DNA of 64,000 nucleotides from Escherichia coli (GCF_003018255.1 NZ_CP027440.1), one strand, 5' to 3'; positions 20,639 to 33,390 are shown, counted from the stretch's first letter. Notes: generated by a model from the sequence alone, not told the origin. Numbers and translations: made by a program.

Positions 20639-23049
20639 TTGCACGTTGGTTCTGGCGCGAATGGCGCTCGCCGTCGCTATTAATTGTCTGGCTGGCGCTA
20701 AGCCTGGCGGTGGCCTGCGTGCTGGCGCTGGGCAATATCAGCGATCGCATGGAGAAGGGCTTAAGCCAGCAAAGCCGGGAGTTTATGGCGGGCGATCGGG
20801 CGTTGCGCAGTTCACGCGAAGTGCCACAAGCGTGGCTGGAGGAAGCGCAAAAGCGCGGCCTGAAAGTCGGCAAGCAGCTGACTTTCGCCACAATGACCTT
20901 TGCAGGCGACACACCGCAGCTGGCGAACGTCAAAGCGGTGGATGATATCTACCCGATGTATGGCGATCTGCAAACTAATCCCCCTGGCCTGAAACCGCAG
21001 GCGGGCAGCGTATTGCTGGCCCCACGCCTGATGGCACTGCTTAACCTGAAAACAGGCGACACCATCGACGTGGGTGATGCCACCTTGCGGATTGCCGGAG
21101 AAGTGATTCAGGAACCGGATTCCGGTTTTAACCCCTTCCAGATGGCTCCGCGTCTGATGATGAATCTGGCGGATGTCGATAAAACCGGAGCCGTGCAGCC
21201 GGGGAGTCGGGTCACCTGGCGCTATAAATTCGGCGGCAGCGAGAACCAGCTCGACGGCTATGAGAAATGGTTGTTACCCCAGCTTAAACCTGAACAACGC
21301 TGGTACGGTCTGGAACAGGACGAAGGCGCGCTGGGGCGATCGATAGAACGTTCGCAACAGTTCCTGCTGCTTTCGGCGCTTCTGACCTTGCTGCTGGCGG
21401 TGGCGGCGGTTGCGGTGGCGATGAATCATTACTGTCGCAGTCGCTACGACTTGGTGGCGATCCTCAAGACGCTGGGGGCAGGGCGAGCGCAACTGCGTAA
21501 GTTAATCGTCGGTCAGTGGTTGATGGTGCTGGCGCTTTCAGCCGTTACCGGTGGTGCGATAGGCCTGTTGTTCGAAAACGTGTTGATGGTGCTGCTCAAG
21601 CCCGTTTTGCCTGCTGCACTACCGCCAGCCAGCCTCTGGCCGTGGTTGTGGGCGCTGGGCACCATGACGGTCATCTCGCTGCTGGTGGGGCTACGACCGT
21701 ACCGCTTGTTGCTGGCAACGCAGCCTTTACGCGTATTACGTAATGATGTGGTCGCGAACGTCTGGCCGCTGAAGTTTTATCTGCCGATTGTCAGTGTGGT
21801 GGTTGTGCTGCTGCTCGCCGGATTAATGGGTGGCAGCATGCTGCTTTGGGCGGTGCTGGCGGGCGCGGTAGTACTGGCTTTGCTGTGCGGTGTGCTGGGC
21901 TGGATGCTGCTGAATGTACTTCGCCGCATGACGCTGAAATCGCTACCTCTGCGCCTGGCGGTTAGCCGCCTGTTACGTCAGCCGTGGTCAACGTTAAGCC
22001 AGCTTTCGGCATTTTCGCTCTCCTTTATGCTGCTGGCGCTGTTGCTGGTATTGCGTGGCGATCTGCTCGACCGCTGGCAGCAGCAGCTACCTCCAGAAAG
22101 CCCGAACTACTTTTTAATTAACATCGCCACAGAACAGGTAGCACCGCTAAAAGCGTTCCTCGCGGAACATCAGATAGTCCCGGAATCGTTTTATCCGGTG
22201 GTGCGGGCGCGGCTGACGGCGATTAACGATAAGCCGACAGAAGGCAATGAAGATGAGGCGCTCAATCGCGAACTCAATCTTACCTGGCAAAATACGCGGC
22301 CCGATCATAATCCGATTGTCGCCGGTAACTGGCCGCCAAAAGCCGATGAAGTGTCGATGGAAGAGGGGCTGGCGAAACGCTTAAACGTTGCCCTCGGTGA
22401 TACCGTGACTTTTATGGGCGATACCCAGGAGTTCCGCGCTAAAGTGACCAGCCTGCGCAAAGTGGACTGGGAAAGTCTGCGGCCTAATTTCTATTTTATT
22501 TTCCCTGAAGGGGCATTAGACGGGCAACCGCAGAGCTGGCTTACCAGTTTCCGCTGGGAGAATGGCAACGGCATGTTGACGCAACTCAACCGCCAGTTCC
22601 CTACTATTAGCCTGTTAGACATTGGCGCGATTTTAAAACAGGTCGGTCAGGTGCTGGAGCAGGTAAGTCGGGCGCTGGAGGTGATGGTGGTGCTGGTCAC
22701 CGCCTGCGGTATGTTGCTGTTGCTGGCACAGGTGCAGGTGGGAATGCGTCAGCGTCATCAGGAGCTGGTGGTGTGGCGCACACTCGGTGCGGGGAAAAAA
22801 CTGCTGCGTACCACGTTGTGGTGTGAGTTCGCCATGCTTGGGTTTGTTTCTGGCCTGGTAGCCGCAATTGGTGCGGAAACGGCGCTGGCAGTGTTGCAGG
22901 CGAAAGTGTTTGATTTTCCGTGGGAGCCAGACTGGCGATTGTGGATTGTGCTGCCGTGCAGCGGTGCACTGCTGCTGTCGCTTTTCGGCGGCTGGCTGGG
23001 TGCGCGACTGGTTAAGGGTAAGGCGCTGTTCAGGCAGTTTGCGGGATGA
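20635..23049 (+). CDS. ybbP: FtsX-family ABC transporter permease
   Basis: 804-aa polytopic ORF with a 4-nt overlap onto ybbA. Confidence 0.9.
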   Translation: MIARWFWREWRSPSLLIVWLALSLAVACVLALGNISDRMEKGLSQQSREFMAGDRALRSSREVPQAWLEEAQKRGLKVGKQLTFATMTFAGDTPQLANVKAVDDIYPMYGDLQTNPPGLKPQAGSVLLAPRLMALLNLKTGDTIDVGDATLRIAGEVIQEPDSGFNPFQMAPRLMMNLADVDKTGAVQPGSRVTWRYKFGGSENQLDGYEKWLLPQLKPEQRWYGLEQDEGALGRSIERSQQFLLLSALLTLLLAVAAVAVAMNHYCRSRYDLVAILKTLGAGRAQLRKLIVGQWLMVLALSAVTGGAIGLLFENVLMVLLKPVLPAALPPASLWPWLWALGTMTVISLLVGLRPYRLLLATQPLRVLRNDVVANVWPLKFYLPIVSVVVVLLLAGLMGGSMLLWAVLAGAVVLALLCGVLGWMLLNVLRRMTLKSLPLRLAVSRLLRQPWSTLSQLSAFSLSFMLLALLLVLRGDLLDRWQQQLPPESPNYFLINIATEQVAPLKAFLAEHQIVPESFYPVVRARLTAINDKPTEGNEDEALNRELNLTWQNTRPDHNPIVAGNWPPKADEVSMEEGLAKRLNVALGDTVTFMGDTQEFRAKVTSLRKVDWESLRPNFYFIFPEGALDGQPQSWLTSFRWENGNGMLTQLNRQFPTISLLDIGAILKQVGQVLEQVSRALEVMVVLVTACGMLLLLAQVQVGMRQRHQELVVWRTLGAGKKLLRTTLWCEFAMLGFVSGLVAAIGAETALAVLQAKVFDFPWEPDWRLWIVLPCSGALLLSLFGGWLGARLVKGKALFRQFAG

Positions 23050-23064
23050 TGAGAGTAAATAAGG

Positions 23065-23094
23065 GGCGTTCTGGTTGAATGGAACGCCTTGTTT
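23065..23094 (+). terminator. Putative rho-independent terminator after ybbP
   Basis: GGCGTTC-N10-GAACGCC followed by TTGTTT. Confidence 0.5.
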
Positions 23095-23477
23095 AAATTA
23101 ATTCTACAATATGTTTCATTGATGATGTTATTGAATTGGTGATTTCCTATCTTTCTATTGCTGATATTAATCTGAATCGGTGGAGTTTAATGATTTTAAA
23201 TATAGCCCTACAAAAATAACTCAGACTAATAAAATCATAAATCATATGCGTTGAATGGATATTATCCATATAGTGAATTTGTTGATAATGAATTCATCTG
23301 TGCTAAAAATGTTAGTTTAATAAAATATTGAAAGTGACCTGTAATAACAGTTGTTGTTGATTGAGAACAAATAAGTTTATGTGAAAAATATATAAATACA
23401 TTAGCTGGTCTTGTGTGTCATTTTATTTTTTTGTTGCTAACACAGGGATATGAACAATAACTAAAAGGGCACTTTAT

Positions 23478-24930
23478 ATGAGCGGAAAACCAGCGGCGCG
23501 TCAGGGAGATATGACTCAGTATGGCGGTCCCATTGTCCAGGGTTCGGCAGGTGTAAGAATTGGCGCGCCCACCGGCGTGGCGTGCTCGGTGTGTCCGGGC
23601 GGGATGACCTCGGGCAACCCGGTAAATCCGCTGCTGGGGGCGAAGGTGCTGCCCGGCGAGACGGACCTTGCGCTGCCCGGCCCGCTGCCGTTCATTCTCT
23701 CCCGCACCTACAGCAGCTACCGGACGAAGACGCCTGCGCCGGTGGGGATTTTTGGCCCCGGCTGGAAAGCGCCTTCTGATATCCGCTTACAGATACGCGA
23801 TGATGTACTGGTACTCAACGACAACGGCGGACGGAGCATTCACTTTGAGCCGCTGCTGCCGGGTGAGGCGGTGTACAGCCGCAGCGAGTCCCTGTGGCTG
23901 GTGCGTGGCGGTAAGGCAACGCAGCCGGACGGCCACACGCTGGCACGGCTGTGGGCGTCGCTGCCGCCGGATATCCGGTTAAGCCCGCATCTTTACCTGG
24001 CGACCAGCAGCGCACAGGGGCCGTGGTGGATACTGGGGTGGTCTGAGCGGGTGCCGGGTGCTGAGGACGTACTGCCAGCGCCGCTGCCGCCGTACCGGAT
24101 GCTTACCGGGCTGGCGGACCGCTTCGGGCAGACGCTGACGTACCGGCGTGAGGCCGCCGGTGACCTGGCCGGGGAAATCACCGGCGTGACGGACGGTGCC
24201 GGGCGGGAGTTCCGTCTGGTGCTGACCACGCAGGCGCAGCGGGCGGAAGAGGCCCGTAAACAGCACACCGCTTCCTTATTTTCCCCTGACACCCCCCGCC
24301 CTCTTTCAGACTCTGCGTTCCCCGACACACTGCCCGGTACGGAATACGGCCCCGACAGGGGCATCCGTCTTTCGGCGGTGTGGCTGATGCACGACCCGGC
24401 ATACCCGGAAAGCCTGCCCGGTGCGCCACTGGCGCGGTACACGTATACGGAAGCCGGTGAACTGCTGGCGGTATATGACCGCAGCAATACGCAGGTGCGC
24501 GCTTTCACGTATGACGCGCAGCACCCGGGCCGGATGGTGGGGCACCGTTATGCGGGAAGGCCGGAGATGCGCTACCGCTACGACGATGCGGGGCGGGTGG
24601 TGGAGCAGCTGAACCCGACAGGCCTGAGTTACCGCTACCAGTATGAGCAGGACCGCATCACCATCACGGACAGCCTGAACCGGCGAGAGGTGCTGCATAC
24701 AGAAGGCGGGGCCGGGCTGAAGCGGGTGGTGAAAAAAGAACTGGCGGACGGCAGCGTCACGCACAGCGGGTATGACGCGGCAGGAAGGCTCACGGCACAG
24801 ACGGACGCGGCGGGACGGCGGACAGAGTACGGCCTGAATGTGGTGTCCGGCGATATCACGGATATCACCACGCCGGACGGGCGGGAGACGAAATTTTACT
24901 ATAACGACGGGAACCAGTTAACGGCGGTGG
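23478..24930 (+). pseudogene. rhsD: rhsD-type Rhs protein, N-terminal 484 codons, severed by IS insertion
   Basis: N-terminus MSGKPAARQGDMTQYGGPIVQGSAGVRIG (PAAR-like) followed by YD repeats. The reading frame runs into the IS terminus at 24931 and stops at 24971. Confidence 0.85.
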
Positions 24931-24967
24931 TGTCCTTGACCCACGATATTCAGACAGTCGTTGTATC

Positions 24968-25849
24968 TTAAGTTGACGTTACCCGCTGACGTCGATATTC
25001 CCTTGGTGAGAGATAACCTAACGCACTATGCGGATGGGTTTCATTGTAATGCTCGATCGCCACTGCAAGGTTATGCAATGCCGTTCTTACATTCGGTTTC
25101 GGCATGAACGCGATGTAGTCTTCTTTCATCGTTTTCACGAACCTTTCTGCCATTCCATTGCTCTGAGGGCTACTGACTGCCGTTGTGCAGGGCTCCAGAT
25201 TCAACTCTCTGGCGAACTGCCGTGTTTCATGAGCTGTATAAGCCGAACCGTTATCAGTCAGCCACTGGATTGGCCGTTCCGCTCCTTTATCGCCAAAGCG
25301 TTTTTCTATTGCTCCTAACATGACATCCTGCACCGTTGCTTTGTCATAACCTCCCGTGCTTGCGGCCCAGTCTATGGCTTCACGATCGCAACAGTCCAGT
25401 GCGAACGTGACACGCAGTTTTGCGCCATCATCACAACCGAACTCAAAGCCATCGGAACACCAGCGCTGGTCGCTTTCCTTCACCGATATTCGGCCTTTAT
25501 GTTCCCGCTGCGGCCGTGAAGGTTTGTCATGTAACAACAACAGGTTATTTTCGCTCATTATCCGATAAACGCGCTTTGCATTCACGAACGGCACTCCTTT
25601 GTTACGGGACTGTCGTCTGAGAATGGCCCAGACACGACGATAGCCATATGTCGGCATATCGCTGATGATATCAAGGATACGTGCTAACACTTCCGCATCC
25701 GCAGCCTCATCACATCTGCGACGACGTTTATTCGGCTTATTACCAGATGTTTTCATCCGTTGTGCCAGTTGCGCACGCGACACGCCCAGAATACGGCTTA
25801 CCAGGGTTATTCCTTGTCCGTTGGCAACAAGGGCGCATGCGCTATCCAT
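24968..25849 (-). CDS. IS transposase OrfB (DDE/rve domain)
   Basis: 293-aa ORF collinear with IS2 InsD as recalled ([21 protein letters not shown]). Confidence 0.85.
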   Translation of the reverse strand: MDSACALVANGQGITLVSRILGVSRAQLAQRMKTSGNKPNKRRRRCDEAADAEVLARILDIISDMPTYGYRRVWAILRRQSRNKGVPFVNAKRVYRIMSENNLLLLHDKPSRPQREHKGRISVKESDQRWCSDGFEFGCDDGAKLRVTFALDCCDREAIDWAASTGGYDKATVQDVMLGAIEKRFGDKGAERPIQWLTDNGSAYTAHETRQFARELNLEPCTTAVSSPQSNGMAERFVKTMKEDYIAFMPKPNVRTALHNLAVAIEHYNETHPHSALGYLSPREYRRQRVTST

Positions 25850-26175
25850 TTTCGCGACTGACCATACTCCACCGCTTCTTTGAGGATCTCAACTTCCATG
25901 GTTTTCTTACCCAGCAAGCGCTGTAACTCTTTTATTTGTTTTATAGCGGCAGCCAGTTCTGAGGCAGGAACGACATCCTCTCCGGCAGCAACAGCAGTGA
26001 GACTTCCTTCCAGATATTGTTTTTTCCACTTAAACAACAGGCTGGGCTGAATACCATGCAAACGCGCCACATGGGACACCGTCATACCGGGTTCCATTGT
26101 CTGCTGAATAATGGCGATTTTTTCCTGAGGAGTTTTACGTTTACGAAGCTCCTGCCCCAGCAAAATTCCAGTCAT
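25807..26175 (-). CDS. IS transposase OrfA (HTH)
   Basis: Collinear with IS2 InsC as recalled ([20 protein letters not shown]...[18 protein letters not shown]). ATG at 26175 gives 122 aa; the ORF-track start at 26232 lies inside the terminal repeat. Confidence 0.8.
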   Translation of the reverse strand: MTGILLGQELRKRKTPQEKIAIIQQTMEPGMTVSHVARLHGIQPSLLFKWKKQYLEGSLTAVAAGEDVVPASELAAAIKQIKELQRLLGKKTMEVEILKEAVEYGQSRKWIAHAPLLPTDKE

Positions 26176-26263
26176 CTCAAAATTAGCACTAGTAGACATA
26201 TATCCAAGCCTATCTCTTATTTTAAGATACATCCACTGTCTGGCGTTTCAAGGGGCCGGTTCA

Positions 26264-29038
26264 CAGTTAACGGCGGTGGTGTACCCGGACGGGCTGGAGA
26301 GCAGCCGGGCATATGATGAGCTGGACAGACTGGTATCGGAGACATCGCGCAGCGGGGAGACAGTACGCTACCGCTACGATGACGTGCACAGTGAGTTACC
26401 GGCGACGACAACGGATGCGACGGGCAGCACCCGGCAGATGACCTGGAGCCGCTACGGGCAGTTGCTGGCCTTCACCGACTGCTCGGGCTACCAGACCCGC
26501 TATGAATACGACCACTTTGGTCAGATGACGGCGGTCCATCGTGAGGAAGGCATCAGCACGTACAATACCTATAACCCGCGCGGCCAGCTGGTCAGCCGGA
26601 AAGACGCACAGGGCCGTGAAACGCGGTATGAATACAACGCCGCAGGCGACCTGACTGCCGTTATCACCCCGGACGGCAACCGGAGCGAGACACAGTACGA
26701 TGCGTGGGGAAAGGCGGTCAGCACCACGCAGGGCGGGCTGACGCGCAGTATGGAGTACGATGCTGCCGGACGTGTCATCAGCCTGACCAACGAGAACGGC
26801 AGTCACAGCGACTTCAGCTACGATACGCTTGACCGGCTGGTACAGCAGCGCGGCTTTGACGGGCGGACGCAACGTTATCATTATGACCTGACCGGAAAAC
26901 TCACGCAGAGTGAAGATGAGGGGCTTGTCATCCTCTGGTACTACGATGAATCGGACCGTATCACTCACCGCACGGTGAACGGCGAACCGGCAGAGCAGTG
27001 GCAGTATGATGGCCACGGCTGGCTGAGAGAAATCAGCCACCTGAGCGAAGGCCACCGTGTTGCCGTCCACTATGGCTACGACGATAAGGGCCGTCTGACC
27101 GGGGAGCGCCAGACGGTGGAGAACCCGGAGACGGGGGAACTGCTGTGGCAGCATGAGACGAAACAGGCATACAACGAACAGGGGCTGGCAAACCGCGTCA
27201 CGCCGGACAGCCTGCCGCCGGTGGAGTGGCTGGCCTATGGCAGCGGTTATCTGGCGGGCATGAAGCTGGGCGGGACGCCGCTGCTGGAGTACACGCGCGA
27301 CCGCCTGCACCGGGAGACGGTGCGCAGCTTCGGCAGCATGGCAGGCAATACAGCCGCATATGAACTGACCAGCACTTACACCCCCGCAGGCCAGTTACAG
27401 AGCCGGCACCTGAACAGCCTGGTGTTTGATTGTGACTATAACTGGAATGACAACGGCGACCTGATGCGCATCAGCGGCCCGCGACAGACGCGGGAATACG
27501 GCTACAGCGCCACGGGCAGGCTGGAGAGCGTGCGCACCCTCGCACCGGACCTGGACATCCGCATCCCGTATGCCACCGACCCGGCGGGCAACCGGCTGCC
27601 GGACCCGGAGCTGCACCCGGACAGTACACTCACAGTGTGGCCGGATAACCGAATCACCGAAGACGCGCACTACCTGTACCGTTACGATGAATACGGCAGG
27701 CTGGCGGAGAAGACGGACCGCATCCCGGCGGGTGTGATACGGACGGACGACGAGCGGACCCACCACTACCACTACGACAGCCAGCACCGCCTGGTGTTCT
27801 ATACGCGGATACAGCATGGCGAGCCACTGGTCGAGAGCCGCTACCTTTACGACCCGCTGGGCCGCCGGACGGGTAAACGGGTGTGGCGTCGCGGGCGTGA
27901 CCTGACAGGATGGATGTCGCTGTCGCGTAAACCGGAGGAGACGTGGTACGGGTGGGACGGCGACAGGCTGACGACGGTGCAGACTGACAGCACGCGTATC
28001 CAGACGGTGTACCAGCCGGGAAGCTTCACACCGCTCATCCGCATCGAAACAGACGTGACCGAACTGGAGAAAGCGCAGCGGCGGAGCCTGGCGGAGAAGC
28101 TCCAGCAGGAAGGGAGCGAGGACGGACACGGCGTGGTGTTCCCGGCTGAACTGGTGCGGCTGCTGGACAGGCTGGAGGAAGAAATCCGGACAGACCGCGT
28201 GAGCAGTGAAAGCCGGGCGTGGCTTGCGCAGTGCGGGCTGACGGTGGAGCAACTGGAAAAACAGGTGGAGCCGGAATATACACCGGCGCGAAAAGTTCAT
28301 CTTTACCACTGCGACCACCGGGGCCTGCCGCTGGCGCTTATCAGCGAAGACGGCAATACGGTGTGGAGCGCGGAGTATGATGAATGGGGAAACCTGCTTA
28401 ATGAGGAGAACCCGCATCATGTGTATCAGTCATACCGTCTGCCGGGGCAGCAGCATGATGAGGAGTCGGGGCTGTACTACAACCGGAACCGGTACTACAA
28501 TCCGTTGCTGGGACGATATATTACTCAGGACCCGATTGGGCTGGCGGGGGGATGGAGTCTGTATGCGTATCCGCTGAATCCGGTGAATGGTATTGATCCA
28601 TTAGGATTAAGTCCTGCAGATGTAGCGTTAATGCGAAAAAAAGAACAATTAAACCATCAAAGAGCATGGGATATATTATCTGATACTTATGATGATATGA
28701 AGAGATTAAATTTAGGTGGGACTGATCAATTTTTCCATTGTATGGCATTTTGTCGAGTGTCTAAATTAAATGACGCTGGTGTTAGCCGATCAGCGAAAGG
28801 GCTGGGTTATGAAAAAGAGATTAGAGATTACGGGTTAAATATGTTCGGTATGTACGGCAGAAAAGTAAAGTTATCCCATTCTGAGATGATTGAAGATAAT
28901 AAAAAAGACTTGGCTGTAAATGAACATGGGTTGACATGTCCATTAACACAAGATTGCTCAAATAGATGTATTGATTATATTAATCCAGAGCATAAAAAAA
29001 CGATAAAGGCTTTACAAGATGCTGGCTATCTCAAGTAA
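26264..29038 (+). pseudogene. rhsD: rhsD-type Rhs protein, C-terminal ~920 codons: YD-repeat core, DPxGL boundary and variable C-terminal toxin
   Basis: Continues the Rhs core ([21 protein letters not shown]...). Core end motif [13 protein letters not shown] at 28595-28609. The last 142 codons are AT-rich and diverge from the core. No native start (the ORF-track M is an internal GTG). Confidence 0.85.
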
Positions 29039-29510
29039 CATCTCAAAGATGGTAATATTTATTTTTGCTATTATAATCGTTGTTTTTTTATGCGTGACTA
29101 CTTATCTTTATTTACACAAAGATGAATCTCTTGTAAGTAAGCATTACATAAACTATATGGCAATACCAGAAAGTGATGGGGTTTTTACATGGCTCCCAGA
29201 TTTTTTTCCGCACGTAGCGGTGGATATATCAATATCCACAAATGTAGAAGATGATTATTTTTTTTCTTATTTTTCCCTAACAATCGATGATGGGGGGAGG
29301 TTTAAGAAAACATTGACTGTGAGGGCCAGGGAACAAGTGGCGAAAATCGTATCAGAGAATGATCCAGATACAAAAAAAGTGTGGTGTAAATATGGTAAAA
29401 TACCAGGGCAAGGGGATAGCGTAAACCTTTTTTTTGTTGGTGAAATTAATGTTACGCATTATTTTATAACAAATATTGGAGCTGGGTTACCTGATGCTTG
29501 TGCAGAGTAA
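29019..29510 (+). CDS. Candidate Rhs immunity protein (N-terminal TM helix)
   Basis: 163-aa AT-rich ORF overlapping the rhs stop (alternative start 29049). This is the canonical position for a cognate immunity gene. No family was recognised. Confidence 0.6.
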   Translation: MLAISSNISKMVIFIFAIIIVVFLCVTTYLYLHKDESLVSKHYINYMAIPESDGVFTWLPDFFPHVAVDISISTNVEDDYFFSYFSLTIDDGGRFKKTLTVRAREQVAKIVSENDPDTKKVWCKYGKIPGQGDSVNLFFVGEINVTHYFITNIGAGLPDACAE

Positions 29511-29876
29511 TTGCTTGAATTAAGAGTCTATCCCATATCGAAGTCGTCAACTTCGTAGTGAGGAAAAGTATAATCCCTGACTGAGAAAAGACATGTCGGC
29601 TATTGTGTAAAGCCATATAGCTCAGACGATGAATATCTACTCGTATTCAGTTGTTTATTGAGGGTGAGTTCCGACCCTGAAACAACAAATAAAATGAACA
29701 GCCAGAGAGTTTACATAGAATTGCACTGGTCTTTTACGATATCTGACATTGTGTAATACATATTCAGCCATGCATTAATTAAAATGTTACGTGTTTAATG
29801 TGAGTCCCTATCTGAAAATAAATAATCCTTCCGGATTAAAATAAATTCTCGCCGGGAAAGAAAGAGGAAATAAACC

Positions 29877-29960
29877 ATTAGCGGAAAACCAGCGGCACGC
29901 CAGGGTGACATGCCCCAGTACGGCGGCCCGATAGTCCAGGGTTCAGCGGGGGTACTGATA
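29877..29960 (+). pseudogene. Orphan remnant of an Rhs N-terminus (start codon ATG->ATT)
   Basis: ATT AGC GGA AAA CCA GCG GCA CGC CAG GGT GAC ATG CCC CAG TAC GGC GGC CCG ATA GTC CAG GGT TCA GCG GGG parallels rhsD codons 1-25, then similarity is lost. Confidence 0.6.
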
Positions 29961-30024
29961 GTCGCGCCGACTGCATCGAGAACTCCATACAACTTTTTAC
30001 GGAACGTCACCTGATAAAATTTGT

Positions 30025-30432
30025 TCAGTATCGTCTTTTGAGATTCTCAAGGTTATGGAGTAACCAGACAGAACGGACACCACTGTCGGAGATAAAAACC
30101 CCCTGTTTACGCAGCTCGTTGCTGGCCCGGTGCTGACCATGTGTCGGGAAAGCGACGGCGTAATCAACAACAGCCTGTTCAATTGCCTCATCGGTACGGT
30201 TCTTAAGGTTAGGAGCGCGGCGACTACGATTAATCTGCGCATCCACACCGCCTTCAGCGGCCAGTTCGCGGTAACGATAAAACGTATCACGCGAAACGCC
30301 CATGATTTTACAGGCTTTTGATACGTTGCTGAGTTCTTCAGCCAGATTGAGCAAACCGGCTTTGTGTTTGATGACGGGATTGGCAGTATGAAGCATGAGA
30401 GTTACCTCTTGTTTTGGATAAGGATTCGACAC
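30025..30432 (-). pseudogene. Truncated transposase: N-terminal HTH portion only (IS481-like; K-12 ylbG-like remnant)
   Basis: The 135-aa ORF (..SKACKIMGVSRDTFYRYRELAAEGG..) lacks any DDE domain and abuts the rhs remnant. Confidence 0.55.
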
Positions 30433-30511
30433 TCATATCAAAACCGGTAACTCTCAACCTTTCAAGGCCATGTGTCAGATCAAGTCGCGACTAATACAAA
30501 TACGTCCCTCA

Positions 30512-31621
<1,110 letters not shown>

Positions 31622-31674
31622 TCAAATCAGCTTGCGCGCTATTTTACGCGCCAACGCGCAAGGAAACTTGATTT

Positions 31675-32601
31675 TTAACTGCGTGGGTTGCCGAAAATTT
31701 CTAAAAATCCGCTGATTTCCGGCCTGCGCTGGGTAAACAAGGTCACAATATCTTCTATCGCTTTGCCGCTGCCAAATTTGCGCCATGCCAGACTCAATGG
31801 TGAAGGAGGGCGCATCGTTGGGATTACCCGGCTGACCAGTTGTTGATTATCGATCATTGACTGGCAAAGTGATTTTGGCAAAAAACCAATGCCAACGCCC
31901 GCCAGATGGGCGGCGATTTTCGTTTCCATATCGGGAACAATAATCTCTTTTTGCCCCGGCAATCGCCAGGCGACGCGTTTGGTTAGTGTGCGGGCGCTGT
32001 CTTCAATATTAACCGCCGGAAAGCGCCGCAACTGTGCTTCTGTTAGCGGCTCTTCAACGTTCGCCAGCGGATGATCCGCCGCCATGACAAAGCGCCATTG
32101 CACCGATCCTAAGGGATCAAGACTAAAGGTATTTGCCAGCGCCTCGGTTCCCGTGACGCCGATAGCCAGTGAAAAACCTTCGTATAATAGCGAATCCCAG
32201 ACGCCCATATAGATTTGTCGGGAGATGTGAAATTGGGTAAACGGGTAACGTTCATTTAGCCACGCCAGCAGCCTGGCAACGGCCTGAGGGTTATAGAGCA
32301 GGTTGTTGATGACGATATTCACCTGGCGTTCCACGCCATCATTCACCTGTTGTAACTCGCTGGGCATACTTTCCAGCCAGCTCAGCCAGTCTCTGGCCTG
32401 ACAAAGTAGATGCTCGCCAGCCGCCGTCAACGTCACGCTACGAGTCGTACGGAAAAACAGCGCTACTCCGGTATTCTCTTCCAGAAGTTTAATGCGATAA
32501 CTGATCGTCGCCGTGGTTTTACATAATCGTTCTGCCGCTTTTGAAAAACTTCCTGTTTCAGCAACCGCAATGAAAGTCCGCAAGGTTTCTGGATCGAACA
32601 T
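31675..32601 (-). CDS. allS: LysR-type activator of the allDCE operon
   Basis: 308-aa ORF with an N-terminal LysR HTH; synteny. Confidence 0.95.
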   Translation of the reverse strand: MFDPETLRTFIAVAETGSFSKAAERLCKTTATISYRIKLLEENTGVALFFRTTRSVTLTAAGEHLLCQARDWLSWLESMPSELQQVNDGVERQVNIVINNLLYNPQAVARLLAWLNERYPFTQFHISRQIYMGVWDSLLYEGFSLAIGVTGTEALANTFSLDPLGSVQWRFVMAADHPLANVEEPLTEAQLRRFPAVNIEDSARTLTKRVAWRLPGQKEIIVPDMETKIAAHLAGVGIGFLPKSLCQSMIDNQQLVSRVIPTMRPPSPLSLAWRKFGSGKAIEDIVTLFTQRRPEISGFLEIFGNPRS

Positions 32602-32708
32602 CTTCAGGTATCCCCTTTTAAATCCGCAAGTTGCGTGATTTTCTTATCCTCTGATTTATCAGTATTTTTACATGATAACCCTGTTCAATTTGTGGACTAA
32701 ATCTAGTT

Positions 32709-32725
32709 TTGGAAAAATATTCCAA
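32709..32725. promoter_or_regulatory. AllR operator in the allS-allA intergenic region
   Basis: Palindrome TTGGAAAAATATTCCAA, near-identical to the site upstream of gcl. Confidence 0.65.
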
Positions 32726-32830
32726 CTTTTGTATTGATGTTGTTCTCTTAAGGTTTTAGATTGCCTGTTATTGAAACCAAGCTGACCGGTCGGCGGTGGT
32801 TGAACGGAATTATGTTACAAGGACAAAGAG

Positions 32831-33313
32831 ATGAAACTTCAGGTATTACCGTTAAGTCAGGAAGCCTTTAGTGCTTATGGCGACGTAATCGAAACGCAGC
32901 AACGGGATTTTTTCCATATTAACAATGGTCTGGTGGAGCGTTACCACGATTTGGCGCTGGTTGAGATTCTTGAGCAAGACCGTACGCTTATCAGCATTAA
33001 CCGCGCGCAACCGGCGAATCTGCCGCTGACCCTTCACGAACTCGAACGTCATCCGCTGGGTACTCAGGCCTTTATCCCGATGAAAGGTGAAGTGTTTGTG
33101 GTGGTCGTGGCGTTAGGTGACGACAAACCAGACCTGTCAACCCTGCGGGCGTTTATTACCAACGGTGAACAGGGAGTGAATTACCATCGTAACGTCTGGC
33201 ATCACCCACTTTTCGCCTGGCAGCGCGTCACCGATTTTCTGACCATCGATCGCGGCGGCAGTGACAACTGTGATGTTGAAAGTATTCCTGAACAGGAACT
33301 CTGTTTTTCGTGA
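32831..33313 (+). CDS. allA: Ureidoglycolate lyase
   Basis: 160-aa ORF matching AllA. Confidence 0.95.
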   Translation: MKLQVLPLSQEAFSAYGDVIETQQRDFFHINNGLVERYHDLALVEILEQDRTLISINRAQPANLPLTLHELERHPLGTQAFIPMKGEVFVVVVALGDDKPDLSTLRAFITNGEQGVNYHRNVWHHPLFAWQRVTDFLTIDRGGSDNCDVESIPEQELCFS

Positions 33314-33390
33314 CGCCTGCAACCGACTTGCATAAGATAAACGAATTGTTCATTGTTTATGCTCATTTGTAGGTCGGAGTTAACGTAGGT

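Larger units (their letters stand above)
24931..26263 (-). mobile_element. IS3-family, IS2-group insertion sequence (~1333 bp)
   Basis: Imperfect terminal inverted repeats TGTCCTTGACCCACGATATTCAGACAGTCGTTGTATCTTAA and TGAACCGGCCCCTTGAAACGCCAGACAGTGGATGTATCTTAA, with TG..CA ends. Contains orfA and orfB with the -1 overlap typical of IS2. Confidence 0.85.

Noticed and set aside
23100-23477. AT-rich 380-bp stretch upstream of rhsD considered as a hidden small gene or mobile-element edge
   Set aside because: No ORF with an SD and no repeats matching the IS or island ends. From memory, the same AT-rich leader precedes rhs genes generally, so it is treated as promoter/leader DNA.
23993-24764. 171-aa and 152-aa minus-strand ORFs inside the rhsD N-terminal part
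   Set aside because: Same reasoning as above: antisense shadows of the GC-rich Rhs frame.
26396-28420. 304-aa and 341-aa minus-strand ORFs inside the Rhs core
   Set aside because: They are Arg/Pro/Ala-rich antisense frames of the kind typical of GC-rich rhs cores, and lie entirely within a recognisable YD-repeat reading frame on the plus strand.
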